Below, in pieces: positions 34,506-46,083 of a DNA stretch of 64,000 bases. The position numbers were made by a program, and so were the translations under genes. A model generated the notes under the pieces. That model searched no databases, was not told the origin of the DNA, and saw nothing but the letters and a program-made list of their open reading frames with translations. This DNA comes from Cenococcum geophilum. Taxonomy: Eukaryota. Position 1 is the stretch's first letter, and every line of letters begins with the position of its first letter. The DNA lies in assembly GCA_050273025.1 (NCBI GenBank), contig CP158636.1:5952001-6016000 (forward strand), in the 5' to 3' direction.

Positions 34506-37500
34506 AACTCTATTAGGGCCTACACTATAACCTATAAAGGGCTACAAAGTAAATAAATTAAATAGGTATATACTAGATGGAATACCTACTGGTTACAAAG
34601 AGGGCTGGCAACGTAGGCGTAAGCGTTCAGCATTGGTGTTTACTGCGCGGCTTAGCGGTACAGAGGTAGAATTGGGGCCTCTACGGCAACGAATTCCTCT
34701 TAACGTCGCGCGCGTATAAGGGGCTAAAGATCTCATAACTTATAGAGTGGGCTTTTCTCTATAATTTGGTATAATTTTTATGTCAATAAGTATTATAGGA
34801 GGGTAGATCAATTTCGTTAAAGTTAATAAGGTCTTCTCATATAAATGGTGTTTAGGTTTTCTACAAATCTCGCCAAAGGGCCTCAGACTAAGAAAACGAT
34901 TACCGTCCTAAATCAGCTTAGCGGACGGTGCGGATATTCCTATATCCGCAATCGATTTCTTAGTCTGAGCTTCTGAGGTAAGAAACTTGCCAGACAACCA
35001 CCCCACCGTGAGCACTTCCAGAATATGATTAGGTACAATTTTGAGAGCATTACTATTTATCCAAACCTCTTGATTACCAAGGTTAAATGCTTTATTGCCG
35101 TATTTTAACTTGCAGATTAGATACGGAACATATATTCGTTCTAAAGCTTCATCGTGAGTGACCTTGAAGGTGCGAATAAACGGCGCTAGACTCTCATAAT
35201 AGCTATTTCGCGGGTGTAAGCGGCGCGGGCTAAATACGGCGATCAGGCTAAGGCAACACACTCATAGCGATAGCCTAGTATTCATTTCTAAGCTACATTC
35301 ATCTTCCTATTAGGTGCTTCAAGTCTATTATTCCATAATAGTAGAGGATCTTCGCTCAAGGTTACATCTGAAGAGGTAATATGAATATGGTAGCCGCTTT
35401 CCTCTGTGAAGATATCTCAAACAAGCTCGCGTAGCCAGTCAATTGTAGAGATCTGAGGCAGCTGAACAGTACATCCAGACGTGGAAACACTATGCGGAAG
35501 TCTTCGAGCGCGAAATGCACTTTATTTAAAAGCTGTCGCATTATTCGTTGAGTGAAGAGTGGAGGATTAAAGAATGATAAAATGATGGCTCATTACAAAG
35601 CCGTCTAGCTTAGTGCCAAGCTGTCGACCTGGTGTCGATCACTACTAGGCTCTGGAAGGGCCAATGAGTTCTGCGAGGACTTAGCTTGAGTTACCTTGAT
35701 AATATGAAAGCATAGCATACCTCTTTGCGAAGAGCCTTAATCGTTAGAGAGAGGTACGTGATCTTCTTCGGTGTGCTTGCGGGTCGGTGCTCCTGAAGGC
35801 GTTTAATACCTTTCAGATGTGGCTTCTGCGAAGAGGTCTCTTCGTAGATTTTTCCTTGGCTCTTTGAGGTCGCTTTCCTGTTGGTGCGTTTGGTAAACTG
35901 CAAAAAGAAAGAGCCCACCCGACCCCGCGGGCGGCTACCTGTTTACGAATGCGGACCTTGTTGATTGGTAGATGGGCGTTTAGAGACATGCTTATGTTGC
36001 CGTCGCGTTAAAGTAAGAGGAAGAGTGCTAGGTGAGGGTGTCATGTTCTATGATGGCAGGGTATCGAAAAGTGTAGCTGATAGTAGGTCGGGCAACGTGG
36101 ACTAGAAGCGAGTTGATAAGGAAAGTAGTACAGTAAAATCTCTTTAGTATGATACCGTTGTTCGGCCGAGCGTATCGTAATACCAATGGTATTGTTATAT
36201 CAAGAGTCACGTGTTGGGTGAATAAGTAGGAAAAAATGAGCTTAATACTAAAAAGGCTTGATTAAGGGGTGTAGATCGTAATGTAGAGGTTATCGCTATA
36301 TACCCCATATCGTATTAAGGAGATTTTACTGTATGCTGAGCATTTGTGAGCCAATTCGCAAAACAAAGCTGAAAACCTAGCATATGCATAGTAAATAGAT
36401 GTATGGACGCGGTGAAAATGCACAGCTGTATGCTAATAAATAGCATAAAATCCAATTTGGTTGGCCGTGCTGCCTTGCCTCTGCGCACGATAGCTCCAAC
36501 CACTCTCAATTCATTTGCGATTCCAATATGCCGACTAAGCTCCTCAGTAAGAACAATTCGCCTAGTTACACATGGATGACCTTTCCCTGAATTCTTATTC
36601 TACGTTTGATTTACGGCTTTTAATTGTTTCTTTGGATTCACGGGAAGCGGAGCACTGTACAGTTACGCATTTACCATTTCTTAGCCTTGATAAGGGAATT
36701 TAGGCTCGAGTTGAACCAGGAGGTCTCTATTTATAACATTTTGTGACTTCCATGATTGTTTCTGCCTGAATTCTTCTGCCTGAATTTTGGGGCAGCTTTG
36801 AGTCATGGCCTTGTCCTATACTCATTGTTATCTCGTCCTGGTTCAGCCCCCGCCAATCACTGGATAATCCACTCACCTTGCGCTCAACCCAATCATACCC
36901 ATCCACCCTCTCAGGCATAAAAAATCACACGTAAAGCATAAGCACAATCAAATGAAGCTGAACTTTCTCTTCTCTTTTCCATCCTCCCCTTTCCGGGGTC
37001 CCCCATCCATAAATACATCTACAGTCCTATTCAACCTCACCGCTTTTTCCTCAAATCTAGAAAAAAAAAAGAACTAGGCAGGGGCAAAACCCACCCAATG
37101 CTCCTACTAATGCATTTCCGTTTCCATCTCATCACATCCCAGCCCTCATATCTCTCTCTCTTCAACATCACCTCTCGTCTGTTCCGCGTCCACACCCCTC
37201 CAATCGAACAACCCCAACATAACCCGGAGACAGAGGCAGAGAAATTCGTGACGCATCGCAGCCCGCCCCTTCAAAACGCCATAAAAACAATCTCCGCACC
37301 CCGAACACGCAAAACCGGCACACACACCTACAAAAAACCAGGGGCAGGCCGGGATAGAAAAGAAAAAAAATAAATTTTAAGTCTGCAGCGAGATGCGTGA
37401 AGAGAACAAAAATGGCCCTGCTGACTTTGGAGAAACCCGGGATGAAAATGGTATGCAAGAGCGCGCCTTGCCGATCTAGGCGGCTGGCCGGCTGAAGACG

Positions 37501-37741
37501 AACGGAGGAAATGAATGGGAACAAGTGGTTTAAGGGTTAAAACAAGTCGGGTGAAGCGAACGTCGTGAATAAGGTAATACTGATAGCGGCAGCGGCGGCG
37601 GCGGTGGTGCCCTCCAGCGACTGGCCTGAGGCGCTGGAGGCGGCGGGGAGGGGACCGATGCCGGAATGCAGTGACATCTGGATCGCTGCCGGGTACTGGA
37701 GATACGCCCTGGAGGAAGGGAGATGGAGGCGGGAGTCAATG

Positions 37742-39205
37742 TCATCGCAGCCCGTCCGGCTTCCCCTGCTCCAGCGGCTCCGGGCTCTCCCGCACGTCCT
37801 CCATGCTGCCGCCGAGCTCGAACTTCCGCGCAACCTTTGGATCCTCGCTCGTGCTCGCGCGGCGGCCGAACGGCAGGCCGTCCGCGTTCGTCGGCGTGCC
37901 GAGCAGGTGCTGCGGGTACGGGTGCAGGTCCTTGGAGCTGGTCGAGAAAGTGGACACGACGGGCGTGTAGCGCTCGTTGTTTTGCCCGCTGTGGTCCGCC
38001 TGCGTGGGCGTTCGTGCTTCGGGCCCCGCCGAGATGGGGCTCATGAGGCCCTCGTTGGATGCCAGCCCGGACCCGTTCATCAGCCCGCTCCACCCGCCTT
38101 CGATGTCCCGCAGCAGCCGCACGTATTCCTCCGGGACCAGCCCGCTCTCCCCTGTCTTGGGATCCTGGGCCACCAGCCAACCTTGCCCGTGGCGGTACGA
38201 GACTAGAATTACTTGGCCTTCGACGAGAGGTAGTTCGTTGTCGTTCTCGCGCGCGAAGTCGAACAGCGCAACCGCCTTTCCGTGCATTTCCTCGTCCGGA
38301 GAGGCAATGGTGAATTGGTAGTCGCGTGAGTAGCGGCTCTCGTTCTGCGAGAAGTCTTCCGGTGATGAGGAGTCTGACATCTCCTCATCTGACGCGTAGC
38401 CTGGAGCTTCTTCATCCGTGTAGCTGCGCCTGGGCAATGTGGTTGCAAAGTGCGAATCGCGCCGTGAGTCGGAGGCAGGCACACTAAGCAAAGGTATCGA
38501 CTGGTTCAGGTTGTTCGGCGGGTAGGTGATGTATTCTCCGCCCGGCCCGTTGGCAGATTCATTCACTTCGCTGACGTAGTACATGTGGTTTCCATCGCCG
38601 TTTGTGCCTGTGTATGATGCGCGACGGCCATCATCGAATCCTCTCCGTCCTCGTGTTTGATCAAAGTCCACCACGTTCGACTTGTGCTTCTTGTGCCTTA
38701 CGCTCGTGACTACAGGACTGTGTATGTCTTCGTCTTCGCTCCATGGCGGCCCATCGGCATACGATGTCTGCGGCAGCTGTTCCCCATGCTCCCAGCCTCC
38801 AGCCGACCAGCTCCCTCGAGCGCCGTCCCACACCGGAGGGGGATCTGACAACCTCCGATTGACTTCGCTTGCTGGGGTTGATATCTCCGAGGCCTGTTCG
38901 GGTAGAGGACCGTAGAAGAGGGGATGTAATGGACCATATGCGAAGTCGCGCACTAATGTGTAGGGTAGGCTCGAGTGGAAGAGTGGGAAGACGGTCGATT
39001 GAGGTCGCGAGCGGGAAGAGTGTGTGTTGGATGCGTTGGAGAAGGTGGATAGTCGTTTGTTCGCATAGGAAGGTACTCGCTGGAGGCTGGCTTTTGAGGG
39101 TGGCGAAGTTATTAATGGTGGCAAGGAAGTGGGATTAGCGTTGGGAGACGACGTCGGTGGTGGTGAGGATGTCGAGGAGTGGTGGTGTGAAAGGACGGCC
39201 GCCAT
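37742..39205 (-). CDS. NBP2: SH3-domain adaptor, Nbp2-like (HOG pathway negative regulator)
   Basis: SRDYQFTIASPDEEMHGKAVALFDFARENDNELPLVEGQVILVSYRHGQGWLVA..GLVPEEYV SH3 domain; RDFAY motif; first ATG at 39205. Confidence 0.82.
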   Translation of the reverse strand: MAAVLSHHHSSTSSPPPTSSPNANPTSLPPLITSPPSKASLQRVPSYANKRLSTFSNASNTHSSRSRPQSTVFPLFHSSLPYTLVRDFAYGPLHPLFYGPLPEQASEISTPASEVNRRLSDPPPVWDGARGSWSAGGWEHGEQLPQTSYADGPPWSEDEDIHSPVVTSVRHKKHKSNVVDFDQTRGRRGFDDGRRASYTGTNGDGNHMYYVSEVNESANGPGGEYITYPPNNLNQSIPLLSVPASDSRRDSHFATTLPRRSYTDEEAPGYASDEEMSDSSSPEDFSQNESRYSRDYQFTIASPDEEMHGKAVALFDFARENDNELPLVEGQVILVSYRHGQGWLVAQDPKTGESGLVPEEYVRLLRDIEGGWSGLMNGSGLASNEGLMSPISAGPEARTPTQADHSGQNNERYTPVVSTFSTSSKDLHPYPQHLLGTPTNADGLPFGRRASTSEDPKVARKFELGGSMEDVRESPEPLEQGKPDGLR

Positions 39206-40473
39206 TTCTGGTTGACTTTGCCGTCCGTAGACTTCTGCTTCCGAAATGGCCTCCAAGATTAGTGCTATTGTCTTTGTTTCCGCGACGGTGGGTTTCTTGT
39301 TATTGGGGGCTATCGGGCTTGTGGTAGATGGATTCCTTAGCCCGAAGAAGGTTGGGGGGTCGACAGAAGATAGCCAAGCGGATTAATTATGCGAAGGAGG
39401 TTTGTTAGGAGGGTCGCAACGTGCGGGAGGGCGTGCGGGAAGTGCAGTTAGTCACTGCAATGTCGAAACAAGTTGGCGCAAAGGTATCTCAGCGCTTGAC
39501 ATTGACAGGTGGAAAGGTAGAGGCAGTTGGATGTTGGGCCGGCCGCGCGCAAAAGGTGCAGGTTGCAGATGGAGCGGCCGTTAGTATTCGAATCACAGCT
39601 CAGCCCTTGGAAGCTTGTGCCTGGGCCTGGGGCGTGGTTACAAAGGGAATGGCTGAGATGAGGCTCCGGCGCAAATGCTCTCAGGCAGATCTCGCGGTGG
39701 ATAGGCCAGAATGACCGCCAATCGATAAAAGGGAGCGCTTGATCCGCTTCTGGAATACAGCAGAATTGGATCAATGCGCGGGCTTGCTGACACGACCGGG
39801 TGCCTGGAATGAAGATATTCGCTGTGAAGGCGCCTCTCCGGAAGCGCTGGCCGGGGTGGGAAAGCGTTGGCGCTAAGACTTGCCCAGTCGACTGGAGAAG
39901 CAGAGGCGGATGGATGGTGTTGGAGAAGTTGACCCAAGACGCCAAAGAGGGCGAGGAAGCCTAGGGGAGGAGGAAAGAAACGTGTATAAAGTCGGAGTCT
40001 CGGCGGACAGGTAATAGGCAAGCAAGGGAAGATGGGGATGTCGGTGAAGAGAAGTCGTTGAAGCGTGCACGAGTTGTACTGCGCTCTGCAGTTCTATTTT
40101 TATCTTGCAAGGCGAGGGGACGGGGCAGCTAGAGGCCGATTGGCGGTTTTAGGTGGGATTATTGGATTAGGTGAATAGGCACTCGCAAAGACATGATGGA
40201 GCCAGCAGTAGGACTCGAGGTAGGGCAGATGTGTTTTTAAAAGAGCAAAGCGAAGGAGGCGATGGGTATTCAGTAATATCTGGGGGGCGGTTTCGTGGTA
40301 GTGGACGCTTCGAGTTGGCCGATCCGCCGTTCGTGAGCGGCTTAAGGTAGCTTGAAACGCTCTAACGCATTCTCAGAGACCCCGCGTTTTTCACTCACTT
40401 CATAAGCAAGTGGGCCGGCCGCCTTAAAGAGGGTGGAGTGCATCGGCCGCGAATAACAAAGAAGCCAAAGGCA

Positions 40474-40516
40474 CAGCAGTAGCAGTAGCAGCAGCAGTAG
40501 AAGCAGCAGCAGTAGA
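40474..40516 (+). repeat. Imperfect (CAG/TAG)n microsatellite
   Basis: AGCAGTAGCAGTAGCAGCAGCAGTAGAAGCAGCAGCAGTAG. Confidence 0.7.
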
Positions 40517-42481
40517 GATTCAACGTTAACCCGGAAGAGTCGCGTGTAGGCTGGTGGCCCAACCCACCATCGGTAGCAGGACTGTTGGATTTGGAACAAG
40601 GATGGATGGGACGTGGTGGCTCTTTTATCGGGCCGTTATTTTTGTCGGAGGCATGTGACGAAGACACAATTGCTAATACAGCTGTTGTAGCGGCAGTGCT
40701 ATCCTAGGGCTTTCAGGAACAAGCAGTCATCTCCGACGTCGACGGCGCGTGTCAGAGCTACCTTGCCCTATCGATGATATCACGCATTGGAGACGGAGAC
40801 GGGCCATAATATCTTCAGCCCGCCTACCTTTTCCAGAAGATTGGGATCGCCAACGCCACCTGGGCGCCTTTCTGGTCCGCCCGTTAACTTAATCAGCGGG
40901 CCTTTGGTGTGGAGACCATTATCTCGTAACCAGACGTCCACCAATCAGCGCTTGATTACATCAGCTATGAGCGCGGACGTCTGGGAGTAGTTAGCGAGAT
41001 TTTGTATGCAATTCTCATACAAAACTTGGCGCCACATAAACACACAAATTATCAACTCCACCACTAACCAGCCCCTTCACCGACAAAAGCTCGACGTTAC
41101 GTTTATCAGTTCATTAAGGCGATTCAGAGAGTGCTTTTATTTTTATCAGCAGAGTAGTGGTTCCTGTCACATTTTATCCGCAAAACAAGGCTGGCCACAA
41201 ATCTTTACCTAAAAACCCATCAAAGGCCCCCTAAAGGCCTCTACAAACTCAAATGCAACCATAAAGCTATATAGGAAGGCCCTACACGAGGCTCTGTGGG
41301 CACTATTTGTCGTCGTCGTTGTCGTTGAGTAGAGCCTCTGTACGTAGAGCTGTACACACTTATCTAGCTGCCAAGCCTTTCTTACAAGTGCTTAAAGTAC
41401 GATAATAATCTACCCACTAAAAATCGGGCATAAAAAATAACATGGCGTTCTTTACTGTGTTCTTTTAGTACTTCTACTTACTAGGAATTTTTATAAAAGT
41501 TATAGGTATCTATATAATTTGCCTTAAAGTAGATATATATTGGCCCTAATTGTAACGTGTCCCGCTCCACGTCGCCATGTGGCCAAAAGACAGACAGTGC
41601 GAGTCTATCGCGACTGTTGCGGGATCCATTACAATAGCTTGCAAAACCGGCTTCACTTTTACACACGCAGGTGTTATTTCAACCCCTGTCTTACAAGGAG
41701 ACCCTAGTCTACGCTTGGTCAATCATCAAGTATGACTAAGCGGCTGTTTAGGGCCAGATATTTTGCAGAGTTCAAGCAGCAACTCGTAGGCTTGGCAAAA
41801 ATGTTTTATTACAATTACGGTTATTCAGACTAACAATCCTCCCATCTCAGCCACAATGCCACAGCTCGTCAAAGCAGAGGTACAGTATGTGCGGATCACT
41901 CCGACAGGACAGGGTTCAGGTCTATAACGCGGTGCCATTCAGTGATCCGCACTCCAGCCGCACCCTAATGTATGCGATAATGAAGCATAACAGAAGCTAT
42001 AGCTAATTGGCTGAAGAGAGGGGCATATCGCTAATCACAGGTGACGAGCAGCTGTGCGGGCTTGTGTCCATGTCCTGTAGGAAGGGCTTTCCGCCCCAGT
42101 CGCTGTCCCTGCCTGAACTTAACCCAATACGCACAAGGCTGCATGTTCTACCATTCCACCTCCGATTTTTGGACAGATATGACTGTTTTGAACTCTAAGA
42201 ACTTTCTACACAAGTGTGGCGGGTTTCGGCTCAAGTGACCACCACGTCACTGGCTCAGTACCATCTAGCATTTAACTGTTTAGTTTCACTGTGATGTAGT
42301 GTTACGTTTTTACCGGTACGATGATAGGTTCTCGTTTTAGATATTTTCACATACTCTTACAAGATTCAGATCCGCTGTGTTGATTCCGCCGAACAACCCA
42401 ACGTAATTCCTGCGAATAAGCCAACTACAAGTTGTCCCGATAGATACTCATTACTAGCTGCTGACCAAGGGCCCATCAAAG

Positions 42482-45054
42482 ATGGATCTCTATGCGGCGG
42501 CGAGAAAGGGAACTGTGCGCGAAGTGCAGGAGGCACTCAATAATTGCGCAGACGTCAACAACCAAGATGATAAATACGGTCGGACACCGCTCTCTTGGGC
42601 AGCAGAGGGGAATGTGGAGGTGGTGGAATGGCTGCTCGAGAAGGACGGCATTAGCCTAAACTCTAAAGACAATAACGGCCGAACACCACTTTCATGGGCA
42701 GCAGAGAAGAGGAATTACGGGGTGGTGCGGCTACTGCTCGAGAAGGACGACATCGATCTGAACTCCAAAGACAACAATGGTCGGACACCGCTCTCGTGGG
42801 CAGCTGAGGGGGGGAATGGGGAGGTGGTACAAGGCCTGCTCAGGGATAACAGCATTGGCCTAAACTCCAAAGACAACAATGGCCGAACACCGCTCTCGTG
42901 GGCAGCAGGGAAAGGGAATGAGTGGGCAGTACTGCAACTGCTTAAGGAGGACGGCATTGACCTAAACTCTAAAGATTATAACGGCCGGACACCACTCTCA
43001 TGGGCAGCAGAGAAGGGGGATAGGGAGGTGGTACAATGCCTGCTCTCGAAGGACGGCATTGACGTGAACTACAAAGACAACAATGGTCGGACACCGCTCT
43101 CGTGGGCAGCAGAGAAGAGGAATGAGAAGGTGGTACAATGGCTGCTCTCGAAGGACGGCATTGACGTAAACTCCAGAGACACCAATGGCTGGACACCGCT
43201 CTTGTGGGCAGCAGAGAACAGTCACCTAGTGCTAGTGAGGCTGCTTGCGCAAAGAGACAGAATCACACTGCATACGCTCGTCCGGGAAAGAAAAGAGTCT
43301 CTGGTTCGACTACTTCTCGATGCCAAATATGATGTCAATACCAGGGATGCTCTAGGCAAATCTCCATTGCACATTGCAATTTCTTCTCGGTATGTGGAGA
43401 TAGCAACTATTCTCATCTCTTTCAACGCAACCGACATCAACCTGAAGGATAATGATGGTATAACTCCATTACGTTTGGCGATTCAGATTGAATGTCCCGA
43501 TCTCATTAAGTCGCTGCTCGAGAGGTCGGCACTTTCAGAGGATATTATGGTTGATGAATGGCGTAAAGCATATGGAAAACAGGCATCAGATATTGTGATG
43601 CTGTCGGAAAGAGACAGTCATGAAAAGTCTGTGTGCTTTATAGCCGAAGAGGAATCAGCTCAGGTTTCAATTGAAAGCGGGACAGACCGACGTCTCTTGT
43701 GAGTTATTGATCTCCTCTATATCTATGAAGGAAGCTTAACCTTTGCCAGTCTAATTTCACACAACTGTACCTGGCAAAGTGGATTGATTCCCGGTCCCAA
43801 GATCAAATTGGCGCCCTACAGACTGGAAATTTCCTCACAACGACGCGATGGCGGCCAAGATGATACCATTTCTGTCGCTATTCGGTTTCCCGCCGAGGAT
43901 TTAGAACACCAAGAACCCTCCAAGATACCAGACTGGGACACATGCAGAATAACATGGACCATGACGCCACCCTCGAACCCAAAGGGCGATCGATATTGGA
44001 AGTCGCTAGACCACTTCAGCATGATGTCATTTGGTTGGATACCGGACGATGGTGCTGACTTCTTCAAGCAGTTCATACTCTATCTAAAAGAAAGATGGTT
44101 AAGACTCTGTGATCTAGCTAGAGATCATCTAACCGTCCGTGTGAGTTGGGCTGAGCTTGCGCTAAGTTTTGGTTGACCTGCTAATTGGTTATATACTCCA
44201 GCGTCTTTACCAACTGCGTTGGGAAGGGAAGAATCCTGGACTAATTGGTTACTTAGCGAATGATGCACAGAGGTGGGCCGAGTTTCGTAGCAGCTTGCAG
44301 GACCAAGTTCGAAGGGCCCGAAAATTTGCTGTGGAATACGGTCAACGCTACAACGAAAACCAGATTCCGAAAGATACGCTGCAGGTAATAGGTGAATTTG
44401 AATCTAGAGTTAGTGATCTGATCAACGAGTTGGATCAAACAGTAAGAGATCTTCTACAGATTGTTGGTACTCTGACTATTCCAACAATTTCATCCGAGCT
44501 CACCCTACTCAGGAGTTTGCCTGGGTCTCGATGAGCGAGACCAGAATCTCGACCAGATTGGGACAGAATGTCATGCTTCTGACGTATGTCAGCATCTTCT
44601 ATTTGCCCTTAGGCTTCTGCGCAGTAAGTATCTCTGACCTTGCTCGCTATAATTGCCACCGTGCCATTCAGAACAGCCTATATCGAGCGAGTACTGATGC
44701 AAGTATATGGGTCTGTAGGCGCTCTGGGCCATTCCAAATATTACCGACAGCGCGACTCGGAATCCTTTCGTCATTACTGCGACCGTTGTTGGATTGGCGA
44801 CCTTAGTTGTTACCTTCAATCTCGATATTATTGTGGGACTGTACTATGATCAGAGAGCGAATTTAGTGAAAGAAATGCGGCTAGATGACAGCTGGAAAGA
44901 ATTGGGAACGAAACTCCAAGGATCCAGTCCTAACCGAAGGACACCGCCTGATTGGTGGCTGGCTGTATACTTGATACACAAATTAATGAGAGTAGTGGGA
45001 AAGAAGGGGAGGAAGGGTGATGTGGAGTCGATGCCACCTGATGACGAATCATAA
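42482..45054 (+). CDS. Ankyrin-repeat protein with C-terminal CorA-like coiled-coil / two-TM module, ~5 exons
   Basis: Seven near-identical G(R/W)TPL(S/L)WAA repeats plus further ankyrin repeats. Downstream exons joined by GT..AG introns give RLGQNVMLLTYVSIFYLPLGFCA|ALWAIP and a second hydrophobic helix. Confidence 0.8.
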
Positions 45055-46083
45055 TTTCCGTGCACTGTATTTCCATTCAAATGATTCTCTACAGCGGGGA
45101 GGATCGTAGGCTTCAAAGTCTAAGAACGAATACCCGAAACGCACGTTGAATCATTGACTTGAATGAGAATACGACATGGGCCGAGCTGGGCTCATTGAGG
45201 GACACAGGTCAGGAACGATGACAGTCTCACTGTCGAGGTCGCCGTCACAGGTTACCAGTCCTATGATTAAATCATGCAACTCTTTCTCTCTGCGCGGCCC
45301 GGACTTTCACTAAGTGGCAGGACGGAGTGTTTAAATAAAGCAGTTCAGAATTTGCAAATTAGCAGACACATAACATCGTATTGCTGCTCGCCAATGATTG
45401 GTGGTCCGGAACTAGGGGTATCCCTAGCCAACAAGGGTCCAATGGTTGTGTGATTGCGAAAAGGTGAAGCCGATGTTGCAAGCAATTGTACTGTACAGCA
45501 AACAAGACCGACAGGATCAAGCCGAGAAGCTTGAAACGGTTTAGCGTGCTGGTAAAACCTCGGCAGAAGGTCTGGCTCGAGATAGAACCGTTCGTGAGCC
45601 TCAACTCCACGCTTTGTCTTGAATCAAATTTCATGCTCCACCTCATCCGCTTGTCCTTCTTAATTTCCACAACGTGCCAGATAGAGCGCCTCTCTACATA
45701 TATAGCTTCTCTAGATATAGACAACCGAGTCTCATATTTCCTTGAATTTTTCTGTCATCGTTCCGGTAAGTGGATGCCTCGTATTCCCATTGCCTCACAT
45801 CCTCGAGTAGCTATTGCCCATGCCATATGATGACTACCATATTGGAGCTGTCCTATCTCCTACGGGAATGCGGACAAATCAAATATACGCAAAACAACTA
45901 TCTGAACTGCGAAACCGCGTGCATCTCGCCATTCTACAGCTCCCACTGCCGAGTGAAAATCCTGTGCTGATAGCGTGCATGAAGATTCAGCTGCAATACG
46001 GGCAACTACTTCGACGAGACATCTAGCCCACTCCTCCACTGTCGTTTCCTCAAACCACCGCTACCTCCTCTTACACCCTCACA

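Larger units (their letters stand above)
33316..34981. mobile_element. Non-autonomous DNA transposon (1666 bp) with 9-bp TSD and compound terminal inverted repeats
   Basis: TSD GAAACTTGC at 33307-33315 and 34982-34990. Outer IR TTACCTCAG..AGCTCAGAC at both ends. Inner IR GTCTGAG..CCTTTGGCGAGATTTGT at 33396-33432 and 34852-34888. No transposase. Confidence 0.82.

Noticed and set aside
33795..34507. ORFs encoding ELRA, SFVQ, CRRADVQT, LEAL and SSRA repeats
   Set aside because: These are translations of 8- and 12-bp tandem arrays, open in several frames on both strands, without a convincing ATG or non-repetitive domain.
18831..36500. Starship-type giant element carrying the accessory genes
   Set aside because: No tyrosine-recombinase captain or recognisable boundaries seen in the window.
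41551..41695. Possible solo LTR (TGTAAC...TTACA) beside an AT-rich relic at ~41000-41550
   Set aside because: Flanks CTAAT and AGGAG do not form a TSD, and there is no similarity to LTRs A-C.
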